Of a DNA stretch of 64,000 nt, positions 34,807 through 44,096 are shown one piece after another; position 1 is the stretch's first letter, and each line of letters starts with the position of its first letter. The notes beneath the pieces were generated by a model. The model ran no database searches, had not been told where the DNA came from, and saw only the letters and a list, made by a program, of their open reading frames with translations. The stretch covers positions 186,001 to 250,000 of the IMG/VR virus record IMGVR_UViG_3300046513_000221; one strand, 5' to 3'. The position numbers and the translations under genes are program-made.

Positions 34807-35343
34807 TTACTCGGGGATCAGCTCGGCGATGCGTGCTGCAACTGCATCGCGAACCAGCTTGTCCACGGCGTTGTTGTACTCGCTGTCCTTGTGCGACTTG
34901 ACATGGATGTACTTGATCTTGATGCTCTCGGTCTTTTCCAGGATCTCTTTGTAGATGTCCTGATGGGCCACCGGCTTGCCGTTGGTCGAGCGCCACTCGC
35001 CCTTGGTGCGGATCGATGCCTTGATCCACTTCGAGATGTAGTCGTTGAAGGCGTCGGTCGCGGTCTTGCTGTCGGAGTACACCTCGATCGTCAGCTCGTG
35101 CTTGGCACCGAACTTCTTGGTCGCGAAGATCGCTGCGCTGAGGATGCCACGCAGTTCCATTTCGGTGATGGTCGAGTTCTCGACGACGGTCACGGCACGG
35201 CCCAGCTCGTCATCGATGCCGGTCGATTGGTCGCGGGTCATGGCGATGAAGCCGTAGGCGGCGACGTTGTCGATGCCGTCCACGTTCTTCACGGTGTTGA
35301 TACTGCCATCGGTGTAAACCTTGATCTTCAGCTTGGTCTTCAT
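34807..35343 (-). CDS. rnhA: Ribonuclease HI
   Basis: VYTDGS, TITEMELRG, YSDS, W....G.PV.HQD, HVKSH..SEYNNAVDKL. Confidence 0.92.
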   Translation of the reverse strand: MKTKLKIKVYTDGSINTVKNVDGIDNVAAYGFIAMTRDQSTGIDDELGRAVTVVENSTITEMELRGILSAAIFATKKFGAKHELTIEVYSDSKTATDAFNDYISKWIKASIRTKGEWRSTNGKPVAHQDIYKEILEKTESIKIKYIHVKSHKDSEYNNAVDKLVRDAVAARIAELIPE

Positions 35344-35402
35344 GTGTCTCTTTTCTTGAATCTAGATGAAAGGCCGCTACCCTGAGGTAGCGGCTACTTT
35401 GA

Positions 35403-36125
35403 TTACTGCGCGGCGTCCAGATTGATCACGCTGCCGCTGACGGCGACGATGCCATCGGGCAGAACCAACGAGACGCCCTGACCTTCAGCCTTCGCCAGTG
35501 CGTCGTACTGGTCCATGATCTGCTTGCTCACCGGCTGCGGATTCGCTTCCACCATGTCGGTGCAGGTGGCGTCGGCCACGACGTAGTAGGTCGGTTGCAG
35601 GGTAGCGGAACCTGCAATCAGCTCTTCGGCGTTGACGTGCAGCAGCGGCTGCGGATCGGCTGCGGTGTACGAGTCGTCCGGATGCTTGACGAAGAAGGCC
35701 GGGATCGGCACGCCGCTGTCTTCAGGCAGCATGAACGAGGTGTCCGGCGCACCATCGGTCGAGTCGTCCGGGAGCGCGAAGCCGCGCTCTTCGTCGGTCA
35801 CGTAGCGGTCCAGTGCGGTAGGGATCTGATCGATCTCGGCCCACTGCTCCTCGGCCTGTACGCGGCAGAACTCCAGCCACTCTTCCTTGGTCGAGACAGG
35901 GATCTCGGTGACGACCTGAATGCCCTGCTCCGCCAGAATCGACGGGTGGGCGAACACGGCCAGCTGCGAGGTCGGAACCCACTCGGGGATATTGCTCTCG
36001 GCGTTGACGCGGGATTCGCGTTGCACCAGCTTGATCAGCTCTTCTTCCGAGGTTGCACGGAAGATGTTGACTGGCTGTTGCGGTTTAGCCAGCAGGCACG
36101 AGGTCAGGAAGAACAGTTTGCTCAT
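35403..36125 (-). CDS. Acidic hypothetical protein
   Basis: Strong codon bias; start 36125 or 36143. Confidence 0.7.
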   Translation of the reverse strand: MSKLFFLTSCLLAKPQQPVNIFRATSEEELIKLVQRESRVNAESNIPEWVPTSQLAVFAHPSILAEQGIQVVTEIPVSTKEEWLEFCRVQAEEQWAEIDQIPTALDRYVTDEERGFALPDDSTDGAPDTSFMLPEDSGVPIPAFFVKHPDDSYTAADPQPLLHVNAEELIAGSATLQPTYYVVADATCTDMVEANPQPVSKQIMDQYDALAKAEGQGVSLVLPDGIVAVSGSVINLDAAQ

Positions 36126-36146
36126 TTTGGTATTCTCTTTCATGGG

Positions 36147-37169
36147 TTATTTAAGTCTGAATGTCTTTGGCAGGATCAGTTCCGGCCGGACTCCGAAATC
36201 CTTTTGAGACTCGAATTTATTGTACACGATCTTGACCGATTTGTATCGAGGCAGCATGAGGATGCGCTCGAAGTCCTTCAGCGAGATGTCGTTGTCGGCG
36301 TAGATGGTCAGGTTCTGCGTCAGGAAGCCCATGCGCATCAGCGTCGCTGGCAGCAGGTTGAAGCCCTTGCCGTTGATCGCTGTGAACACGCGGTTCAGGT
36401 TGTCCTTGTCGCTGTAATAGTTGTTGTAGACCGATGCGAGGTCGAAGAAGCCCTCCGACATCACCACATCGATCTCAGGTGCCATCTTCTCCACTCGGGA
36501 GGTCATGGTGTAGATCTTGCTGCCCTCGCCGTACTTGTCGAAGCCGATCGTCTTGAACCGCTTCGAGAAGCTGCCGTCGTAGAAGCGGAAGCTCGCGTAG
36601 GTGTTGTCCTGAGACAGCCAGCCAACGGCGTGCTTATCAACCAGCCAACACTCCTTGGCGAACTGCTCGTCGTCCAGCAGGTGCTCCAGCCCGTTCAGGA
36701 TCACGAAATCCTCAAGGGAGTTGATGATCTTGTACTGACGCAGGAGGGTGCGGTCGCAGTCGATGCCGAGGCGGCTGTCGATGTACTCCTTCTTGGGCTT
36801 GAACTTGCCCTTGAAGTCGTACTTCGGGAACTTCGCATTCGCCATCCGCAGGACGCCACGGCTACCCTCCCGTACCACCGTATTCCTACGGAAAGCACGG
36901 TATTCCCTGTGGATATTCGTCGACAGCTCGTCGTCGAATACACTGAGGTCATCGAGAGTGCCGCCGCTGAGAATCCCAGAGCTTTCGCAACGTTGGCAGA
37001 AGAACCAGTACGGCACCTGATTCGTGATGTACAGGTGAGCGTGTGTCCTGTCCTTGGAGCTATCTCCGCAGTACGGACACCGCACCTGAAGCTCGGTCCT
37101 CCGAGCGTTGAAGTAAGCGACCTGCTTACTCTGCGTCATCACGCGGTACAGATCATCCAGAATCGTCAC
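36147..37169 (-). CDS. DNA primase (Zn finger plus TOPRIM)
   Basis: RCPYCGDS...H...CQRC zinc finger; SEGFFD, AING, YADND TOPRIM. Confidence 0.85.
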   Translation of the reverse strand: MTILDDLYRVMTQSKQVAYFNARRTELQVRCPYCGDSSKDRTHAHLYITNQVPYWFFCQRCESSGILSGGTLDDLSVFDDELSTNIHREYRAFRRNTVVREGSRGVLRMANAKFPKYDFKGKFKPKKEYIDSRLGIDCDRTLLRQYKIINSLEDFVILNGLEHLLDDEQFAKECWLVDKHAVGWLSQDNTYASFRFYDGSFSKRFKTIGFDKYGEGSKIYTMTSRVEKMAPEIDVVMSEGFFDLASVYNNYYSDKDNLNRVFTAINGKGFNLLPATLMRMGFLTQNLTIYADNDISLKDFERILMLPRYKSVKIVYNKFESQKDFGVRPELILPKTFRLK

Positions 37170-37172
37170 GGG

Positions 37173-37538
37173 TTACTTCCCCGTAGTGATCCAGTCCGGG
37201 CCGGGAGGCGTGTCCCAGCCGGTATCTGCAACGGTATAGCCCATCGTGGACGAGTAGAAGGTCAGCTTGCCACCGCGATCGCTGATCGAGCGGATGCCCC
37301 ACGTATCCTTTCCGTTCTCCGCAGAGTCCGGGTCGTCGTAGACGTTCACGTCACGGTGCGTGCCCTTCTCAGTCACGTACTGCGTGATGATCTCGCCGTG
37401 ACCGGCTGCGTTGTAGAAGACCTCGACCTTCTTGACGCTGAGCATCGCGACGTACAGCGGATCATCGGCGGTGTTCATGCCAGCGACGACGAAGATGCGG
37501 TCGCCGATGTCGTGGATTTGTTGGTCCAGAGTTTTCAT
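37173..37538 (-). CDS. Hypothetical protein
   Basis: Operon position, codon bias. Confidence 0.65.
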   Translation of the reverse strand: MKTLDQQIHDIGDRIFVVAGMNTADDPLYVAMLSVKKVEVFYNAAGHGEIITQYVTEKGTHRDVNVYDDPDSAENGKDTWGIRSISDRGGKLTFYSSTMGYTVADTGWDTPPGPDWITTGK

Positions 37539-37804
37539 TACTTCTTCTCGCTTTCCTTCTTGACGTACTCCACGCCGTCGATGACAACGGCGGTCGCCAG
37601 CGATTTACCTTCCGGGACCGTCGCGGAAGTGATACTGTTCGGGCAACGCATGACGGTCAGGCGCTGTCCGTCAGTATTCGTGAGGTAGAAGGTTTTGCAG
37701 TCCTTCAGTTCGGACGGCATCGAAGCGAAGTAGAGGGTCTTGGCGCTGTCTACGCAGCCGGTCAGAGCCAGCATCGATGCCAGCAGAATTGCGATACGCT
37801 TCAT
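37538..37804 (-). CDS. Small lipoprotein (88 aa)
   Basis: Signal peptide II with lipobox LTGC; LKDCK...RCPNS disulfide motif; TAATG coupling to the upstream gene. Confidence 0.8.
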   Translation of the reverse strand: MKRIAILLASMLALTGCVDSAKTLYFASMPSELKDCKTFYLTNTDGQRLTVMRCPNSITSATVPEGKSLATAVVIDGVEYVKKESEKK

Positions 37805-39288
37805 TACATACGCTCCAGGAAAGAAAGAACCTCGCTGATGAGAGGCTTCGGGTTCTCCTCGATTGCTTCGAGGTAGGACGACAGGTCGTTCGACTCGTCG
37901 TGGCTTGGCAGGTACTCGAACTCGGTACTCATGATGTCGCCGATGAACACGATGATCGACTTGTTCTCTTCGATCTTCTCGCGGATGAGCGAGTACTTCG
38001 AGAGGATGTTGTGGTAGGACTTGGACTGCACGATCTCGGTGACCAGCTTGCCCTTGTGCAGGTTGCGACGGCCACCCTTCGGACGGATCTGCGCCGTGAG
38101 GATCGCCGCCAGCGTGTAGTACTTTTGATCGAGCAGCCACTGGCGGAAGATCATCAGCATGTACAGGTATTCCTCGCGGTTGCACAACTGGACGTTGATC
38201 TTGTCCTGTGCGCCGAGATAGTGCGTCATCAGGCGCACCTGCATCTGGTTGGGCTGCACCTTGCGGGTGTTGTACGCCAGCTCCTCCGGCGAGAACCGCA
38301 TCTTGCGGCGATCGATGAAGTTCTTGATGTTCTCCTTGTCGATCGTGTACTGCATCTCGTTGGAGTTCACCAGACGCATCTCGACGCGTTGGAACGGGCT
38401 GACGTTGCTCTCGTTGCTGTCGGTGCGGATCTGGCTGATCGGCTTGAAGTTGATCTTGATGTTCTGCGTGAACTGGTACATGATCTGCTGCTTGATCACG
38501 ACGTGCAGGAAAGAGACGATCGACTTGTTGATGTCGAGCTTCGGTATCGTGTCCCGTACGATCTTGCGGAACAGGTCAAGCGACATGACGTGTTCGTCCA
38601 CCGAGATGTTCTTCAGGTACTCCCACATGACGCGGTCGGAGTACAGGGTGTTGTTGACGGAGGACTTAATGAACTTCGTGATCTTCTGCGGCAGGTCCAG
38701 CTCCACGCCGTGCTCGTCGATGTTGAACACACCGAAGATGCGATTGAACACGTTGATCGTGATGTCCTGCTCCTTCTTGATCTGCATCACGTCCATATAG
38801 GAGCAGATCAGAGGGATGACGATTCTCGACATGATCGAGATGCAGATCACCATCTTGGCGTAGGAGTCCTTGAACTGTAGTTCCTCCTCGCCGGTGCGGG
38901 TCTCGATCGAGATCGTGTACTCCGCATTCACCTTCTCGCGGATGGCCGTTTGCAGGATCTCGTCGCTGATCAGCTGCTCGAACAGGAAGTCGATGAACAG
39001 ATTCACGTCGCCGAATGGCACACCTTCCTCGGTATGACCCTCGATGAAGGTACCGTCCTGGATGTTCATCATCACAGTCAGGTAGCTCTCCGGCAGGTCG
39101 TCGTAGAGGTCGAAGAAGTACTTCAGATCCTCGACGATCTTACCGATGATCGAGTTGTACACTCGCTTTCGGTTGATGGGAAAGAGGCAGTACTTGGCCT
39201 CCTCCCCGATGTTAAACAGCTGGGTGAAATCGAAGGTGAAGTCCTTCTCGTTCACACCAAACAGACTATCAATATTCGTGATCGTCAT
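37804..39288 (-). CDS. Sigma-like promoter-specificity subunit of the non-virion RNAP (AR9 gp226 / phiKZ gp68 type)
   Basis: RI.IP..C, YSDRVMWEYLKN, PKL..N.S..SFL.VVIKQ, F..N..I.FKP resemble AR9 gp226 as recalled; two genes from a chaperonin as in AR9 (g226/g228). Confidence 0.8.
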   Translation of the reverse strand: MTITNIDSLFGVNEKDFTFDFTQLFNIGEEAKYCLFPINRKRVYNSIIGKIVEDLKYFFDLYDDLPESYLTVMMNIQDGTFIEGHTEEGVPFGDVNLFIDFLFEQLISDEILQTAIREKVNAEYTISIETRTGEEELQFKDSYAKMVICISIMSRIVIPLICSYMDVMQIKKEQDITINVFNRIFGVFNIDEHGVELDLPQKITKFIKSSVNNTLYSDRVMWEYLKNISVDEHVMSLDLFRKIVRDTIPKLDINKSIVSFLHVVIKQQIMYQFTQNIKINFKPISQIRTDSNESNVSPFQRVEMRLVNSNEMQYTIDKENIKNFIDRRKMRFSPEELAYNTRKVQPNQMQVRLMTHYLGAQDKINVQLCNREEYLYMLMIFRQWLLDQKYYTLAAILTAQIRPKGGRRNLHKGKLVTEIVQSKSYHNILSKYSLIREKIEENKSIIVFIGDIMSTEFEYLPSHDESNDLSSYLEAIEENPKPLISEVLSFLERM

Positions 39289-39362
39289 GCGGTACCCTTT
39301 TCATTTTTTGGTGTTTCTTGACTACGCGCTAATTATATATGCACAATTGGCGATTTATGGTT

Positions 39363-40250
39363 TCAACGACGCACCTTGCTGTCCACTTTGTTGTCGACTT
39401 TCGTGTTCAATTTGCTCAGAACACGGGCCTTGCGATCGACCGTTTCCTTCTCACTCTTGTCGATCCGGGCCTTACCGCGTGCGGCGTTCACCGACTTCAC
39501 GACCTTCTTCTCCACCTTCGGAGCGGCCTGTTTAGGCGCTTTCATCTGCATCTTCTTGTGCATCTTGTAGTCTTGATCCACCTCGGCGAAGCTGCGGACG
39601 GCGTTCTTGATGCTGAACTTCGTCGCGTTGATGATGGCCGGGGCGTAGTTGGAGTACTCGTTCAGGCCCAACTGCCGGATGAACATCATGGCGAACATGA
39701 TGGACTTCTCGTAGTTGACGATCTCGTCCGGGTTGCGACTCGTCGGCGCATGGGTCAGACTCATCTCAGGCAGTTTGCTCTTGAAGTACGGGATCAGGAG
39801 CTCTTGCTTGTTGAACACGTACGCGTACGTGAAGGCAAATGCCGAGTTGTTACTGAATATTCGGATGTTTTTGCCGAGCAGATTAGTGCTTTTCGCATTA
39901 ACCTCAAGGAATTCTACCGCTACGTCGTACGTAACGCCAGACACCGTCTCAGATGGGACGCGCACGATGATGAACACGCTGTCCTGAACCTTGTAGACAT
40001 TGTACTTGAAGGATCCGTTCTCCTTCAGCACATGCTGGTACTTGCCGGTGATCTGCGCGAGCAGCTTCTTGCGCTTCTCGGTCGCGGCTGCGCCCTTCGT
40101 ACCGAACGGGTCGTTGATGAAGGACTGGATCGTGTACTTGATCCCGCTGAAGAGAGACCCGATGACGGATTGGTCAGCGGGTTTCGGAGCATGGGTGGGA
40201 TCCTTGATGTATGAAGGGAGAGTGTGGGTACTCTTCGTGGTTTCGGCCAT
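39363..40250 (-). CDS. Conserved jumbo-phage hypothetical protein
   Basis: VPSET...YDV.VEF...IFSNN.AF.FTYAYVFNK...NP..IVNYEKS. Confidence 0.7.
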   Translation of the reverse strand: MAETTKSTHTLPSYIKDPTHAPKPADQSVIGSLFSGIKYTIQSFINDPFGTKGAAATEKRKKLLAQITGKYQHVLKENGSFKYNVYKVQDSVFIIVRVPSETVSGVTYDVAVEFLEVNAKSTNLLGKNIRIFSNNSAFAFTYAYVFNKQELLIPYFKSKLPEMSLTHAPTSRNPDEIVNYEKSIMFAMMFIRQLGLNEYSNYAPAIINATKFSIKNAVRSFAEVDQDYKMHKKMQMKAPKQAAPKVEKKVVKSVNAARGKARIDKSEKETVDRKARVLSKLNTKVDNKVDSKVRR

Positions 40251-40304
40251 GTGGCACCTCAAAATTTTGAATTATAACACGAAATTTCTATTACGGGCAT
40301 AAAA

Positions 40305-40340
40305 TTTTCGGGATGGACTTGTTAGGATCCATCCCGAAAA
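40305..40340. terminator. Terminator of the chaperonin operon
   Basis: TTTTCGGGATGGA / TCCATCCCGAAAA. Confidence 0.75.
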
Positions 40341-40349
40341 CGGGTCAGC

Positions 40350-42050
40350 TTAGATCAGCTGGTTGATACTCAGGAGCATGCCCACGATCGAGACGGACGC
40401 CTTGAGGATCTGGACGTCGGTGTCGATAGGCGCGAGGACTTGTGTTTCCTCGATGCTCTGGAACTGGCGCTCCAGTACGTCGTACATGCGCGAGTCATTC
40501 ATGTGCAGCGCCTCGCGGATCATCTCCAACGCCTCCGGTTGGGAGCGCAGGACAGGATCCTTGCTGATGATGCAGTAGAACGTGTTGTAGTACACGTCGC
40601 GCAGACGGTCGATGACCTGACGCGTGAACTCCAAGTCGAACTGCTTCAGCACCGCGTCGTCCGCATGGATCTCGTCCCAGCGGTTGGCGATAGAATTGGC
40701 CGCAAAGAACAGCGAGATGTTGCCGCCGAATCCGAAGCCCTTCAGCAGGGCCGATTTACAGGCCAATACGGCATCCTCCACGAGGAATCGACGCGTCTGC
40801 TTCTCTTCGGCGGTGATGCCGCCCACCAGAATGCGAACGGACACGCCGTTCAGCTTGGACAGACGGATGCGCAGGTTACCGCGTACCGAAGGCTGGCTGA
40901 TGGGAGTCTCATCGAACTCCTTCTGCAGAACCTGCAGACGCTCGCCGTAGAACGGGGTGTTCAGGGTCATGCCCTGACCTGCGAGGAAGACCGATTTGGT
41001 TCCGGTCAGTTCGAGGCTGCTCGCCGCACCGAGTTGCTTCAGGTCGAAGGTCGCCGGGTCGCGGATGATGTCGGAGTCCAGATAGATTGCCAGATCGAGG
41101 AACTCGTCGTGCTGCAGCTGGCTCGACAGATCGTACGTCTTGACGATGTAGATCTTGTTCTGCTTGCGCAGGAAGTCTGCCATGCAGGTGTTCAGAACGT
41201 CCTGATGGGTCTGGTCGGTGATGACGACGATGTTGCGCGCCGGGTTCGCCTGTTGGACCTTCTTCAGCAGCTCATAGTGCTCGCCGAAGAACTCGTAGCT
41301 CATGAACACGATCGGCTTGTCTACCGTGATGGTGGACTTGTCGCCGAAGTACATGTTGTGCGCCGGACCACGATCGAACGTGAAGCCGTAACGCATGGTG
41401 TGTGACACAGGTGTCAGCGAATCGCGTGGATCCTCTTCGATGCGCACATCCGACAGATAGGACAGACCGGAGAAGACGTTGGCGATGTACTCACCGATGC
41501 GTACATCGTTGTTGTTCGAGATCTGGCTGATGGCCGTCAGCACGCGCTTGCGGTTGTCGCCATTCACCTGATGGGTGTACTTATTCTCGATCTCGCGTTC
41601 GAGATAGAACACCACGCGGTCCAGCAGATCCAGCAGCTGCTTGCGGGTGTACTTCCGGTCGCGCAGGTCCATCAGGGCTTCATACATGAAGCTCGCCGAC
41701 AGAACGGCACTGGTGGAGCCGTCGCCGACGGTCTTGACCAGATTGTAGGACACCTTCTTCAGCAGCTGGTGGACGGCGACGTCCTGCGCAGCAGCATACT
41801 TCAGGTTCTCCAGAATGGTGTAACCATCCTTGGTGATGATCGGAACACCACCATCATTCTCGATCATGGTGTTCGAGCCCAGCGGACCATAGCTCTTCGC
41901 CAGAACGCTGACCAGCGAGGTCAGGAACTTCAGCGTATCACTGTGGAACTGAGCGTCATCCTTGATGACACCTTGGAAAGGCGACGGCGAACCCATTTGC
42001 TGGGCCACAGTCGTCTCGGCAGGTTTCTTTCTTTTCAAAAATTCGAACAT
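40350..42050 (-). CDS. groEL: Phage GroEL-like chaperonin
   Basis: SYGPLGSNTMI, ITKDGYTI, VGDGSTSA, ISNND..IG, VGG.T..E....R..VEDAV.ACKSA..GF..GG. Confidence 0.93.
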   Translation of the reverse strand: MFEFLKRKKPAETTVAQQMGSPSPFQGVIKDDAQFHSDTLKFLTSLVSVLAKSYGPLGSNTMIENDGGVPIITKDGYTILENLKYAAAQDVAVHQLLKKVSYNLVKTVGDGSTSAVLSASFMYEALMDLRDRKYTRKQLLDLLDRVVFYLEREIENKYTHQVNGDNRKRVLTAISQISNNNDVRIGEYIANVFSGLSYLSDVRIEEDPRDSLTPVSHTMRYGFTFDRGPAHNMYFGDKSTITVDKPIVFMSYEFFGEHYELLKKVQQANPARNIVVITDQTHQDVLNTCMADFLRKQNKIYIVKTYDLSSQLQHDEFLDLAIYLDSDIIRDPATFDLKQLGAASSLELTGTKSVFLAGQGMTLNTPFYGERLQVLQKEFDETPISQPSVRGNLRIRLSKLNGVSVRILVGGITAEEKQTRRFLVEDAVLACKSALLKGFGFGGNISLFFAANSIANRWDEIHADDAVLKQFDLEFTRQVIDRLRDVYYNTFYCIISKDPVLRSQPEALEMIREALHMNDSRMYDVLERQFQSIEETQVLAPIDTDVQILKASVSIVGMLLSINQLI

Positions 42051-42062
42051 TGCGGTTCCTAA

Positions 42063-42266
42063 TTATTTCTTGGCCTTAGGCCGGGGTTTGCTTGCAGCTT
42101 CGGCCTTGGCCTTTTCCATCTCTCGTGCTTCGATCTTGCGCTTGTCCTCGACGAATCTAGCCCTTGCGTCGTAGAGGCTGGATAGCATGGGAAGCTCACA
42201 TTCCATGACGTCCTCCAGAGTCAGCTGCCCCTTGAAGATATCCAAGGTGGCAGCTATCTGGTACAT
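42063..42266 (-). CDS. Small tail/baseplate assembly chaperone-like ORF (T4 gp51 / lambda T-like); frame open upstream to about 42385
   Basis: LTLEDVME.ELP.L..LYD.R pattern; weak RBS; reading frame overlaps the end of the upstream gene in the -1 frame. Confidence 0.55.
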   Translation of the reverse strand: MYQIAATLDIFKGQLTLEDVMECELPMLSSLYDARARFVEDKRKIEAREMEKAKAEAASKPRPKAKK

Positions 42267-42319
42267 GATGTTGTCCAGAGACTTCTGTACTTCGTCATGC
42301 GGGCGTACATCTATGAGCT

Positions 42320-43492
42320 TTACTGAACCCTTGCTATACTTTGAAAAAGCGTGTTGGTCAGATCGACGGTGATGTCGGTGATCATCTCACCGCAGTGGCC
42401 GCACTTCAGGTTAGGCAGCTTGTACGAAACCTTGAACGCGTCCATCTTGGCGCTGATCTCCTTGTCGAGGAACGCCTTGTCTTCCGGATCGATGTCGATG
42501 ATCACGCGGATCTTGTCCTGAATCGTCTCCAGTTCGATGAACTCCAGACGGCCCTCGGACAGAGCCTGAATGTGAGGAATCGCCATGGTGCCGATGTGCT
42601 TCAGGTAGCCGAAGATCTCCGGCTCGACGGCGGGGTGCTGCTCGGCGCGGTTCAGCGTGCGGATGTAGTCGTGCAGGGTCGGCGTGGTCAGGTCCAGAAC
42701 GGTTTTGCTGACCGGCAGGATGATGCGACGGGTGTTGTTTACGACCGACGACTTCACCAGCTCGTTTGCTGGCAGGTTCTTGGACAGCAGGTCGCGAATG
42801 TAGCTGCCAACCTCGTTCTCGTCCTTGGCCTGAATCAGCAGTTCCTTGCTGATCTTCGCCTTGTTGGTCTTCTCGCACGAGCCGCAGATGACGTTGTAGT
42901 CGCCTTCTTCCGGGAAGGTGGCGCAGTAGATGCCGTAGATCAGGGTCTCGAAGTCGGCCTCGGACGTGATCTTCAGCCACAGGTCGAAGTCGATCTTACC
43001 GAAGTTGGCGTTAACCATCTTCGAGTAGGTGAAGTTGAACAGCTTCAGGTTCTGTTCCTTCTCGGTGCCGGTGAACTTGCGCACCTTGATCATGTCGTCG
43101 TTGTTCAGTGCGCGGAAGGCGGCACGGTAGCCCGACTGCAGGGCGACGATCTCGAAGGAAGGCTTCAGGAACAGCGTGTCCATTTCCTGATGGGTGCCCA
43201 GCGGGTTATCCGACTTACGGATGTTGATCGCGGACAGGTCGATGTTCAGCGCGGCCAGAACCTTGCGAGCAGCGCTCTGCGCGGTTTCCTTGGCCGGGGC
43301 CGGTGCTGCCGGTGCCTCGGGAGCCACTGGAGCAGGGGATTGCTCGACAGCGGTCTGTACCGGGGCTTCGCCAGCGATTGCGGTCGAAACTTCCGCTTCC
43401 GCTACGGGAGCAGCCTGTTGACCCAGATCTTCTTGCGAAACGCCCTGCTCCGCCAGCATGCTATGCAGATCGTCGATGTTGTTGATTTCCAT
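42320..43492 (-). CDS. Baseplate hub / tail assembly chaperone (T4 gp26-like) with acidic N-terminal extension
   Basis: Two CxxC motifs (ICGSC, KCGHC), C-terminal I.VD...LF; AGGA RBS at ATG 43492. Confidence 0.6.
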   Translation of the reverse strand: MEINNIDDLHSMLAEQGVSQEDLGQQAAPVAEAEVSTAIAGEAPVQTAVEQSPAPVAPEAPAAPAPAKETAQSAARKVLAALNIDLSAINIRKSDNPLGTHQEMDTLFLKPSFEIVALQSGYRAAFRALNNDDMIKVRKFTGTEKEQNLKLFNFTYSKMVNANFGKIDFDLWLKITSEADFETLIYGIYCATFPEEGDYNVICGSCEKTNKAKISKELLIQAKDENEVGSYIRDLLSKNLPANELVKSSVVNNTRRIILPVSKTVLDLTTPTLHDYIRTLNRAEQHPAVEPEIFGYLKHIGTMAIPHIQALSEGRLEFIELETIQDKIRVIIDIDPEDKAFLDKEISAKMDAFKVSYKLPNLKCGHCGEMITDITVDLTNTLFQSIARVQ

Positions 43493-43542
43493 GTCTGTTT
43501 TCCTATTCAGGTTTAGTGTCGGAGTGAAATACTCCTGATGGT

Positions 43543-43555
43543 CTAACCCCATGTT
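43543..43555 (-). promoter_or_regulatory. Putative late promoter AACA-N6-TAG
   Basis: Minus strand AACA TGGGGT TAG upstream of 43492. Confidence 0.65.
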
Positions 43556-43651
43556 GACCCTTAGGCCATTTTACGATGGCATTTCGTCATAAAAAATATA
43601 TGCGAAACAGAAATTCCCCTAAGCACGAATTATCGGCTTAGGGGATTGCTG

Positions 43652-44086
43652 TCAGAAGTAGAAGTCAGAGACCACATTGTCCTTGACCGGGAGATTCGGA
43701 TCGCGCTTGAACGTCAGTGCGAAGACATCCTTGGCGTCCACCAAGATCGTCAGCCTGAATATGCAAGCCAGAATCGTTTGACCCGACTGCTTATCGGTGG
43801 TGAACTGGATGGTCGCGTCCGAGACCTGATCGCTCGGCAGGTACTTGGATATCTGCGAGTTGATCCTATCTGTGAGGTCGATCAGCGTGGAGTTGTCTGC
43901 GAACTCTTGCAGGTACGTTCCGATACCGATCCCGGCTCCCACGCAGTTCGGGATGGTTCCCGGTTCCATGATAAGGAGGGTCTGGATACGCTTCGCCAAC
44001 GCCTTCAGGTCTGTCTCGACGTGCGATGACCTGAAGGGACTCGGCAGAAGGGTCGCCTCTCCCTTGAGGGTAGCATCGACGGCCAT
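43652..44086 (-). CDS. Baseplate wedge protein, gp25/GPW-like
   Basis: I.TLL.MEPG.IP...G.GIGI..YL.E. Confidence 0.75.
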   Translation of the reverse strand: MAVDATLKGEATLLPSPFRSSHVETDLKALAKRIQTLLIMEPGTIPNCVGAGIGIGTYLQEFADNSTLIDLTDRINSQISKYLPSDQVSDATIQFTTDKQSGQTILACIFRLTILVDAKDVFALTFKRDPNLPVKDNVVSDFYF

Positions 44087-44096
44087 GAGCTACCCC

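Noticed and set aside
23063-43552. Upstream-extended starts in the ORF track (e.g. 23063, 26700, 33902, 38185, 43552)
   Set aside because: Downstream ATGs have clear RBSs, and the extensions overlap promoter motifs or other genes
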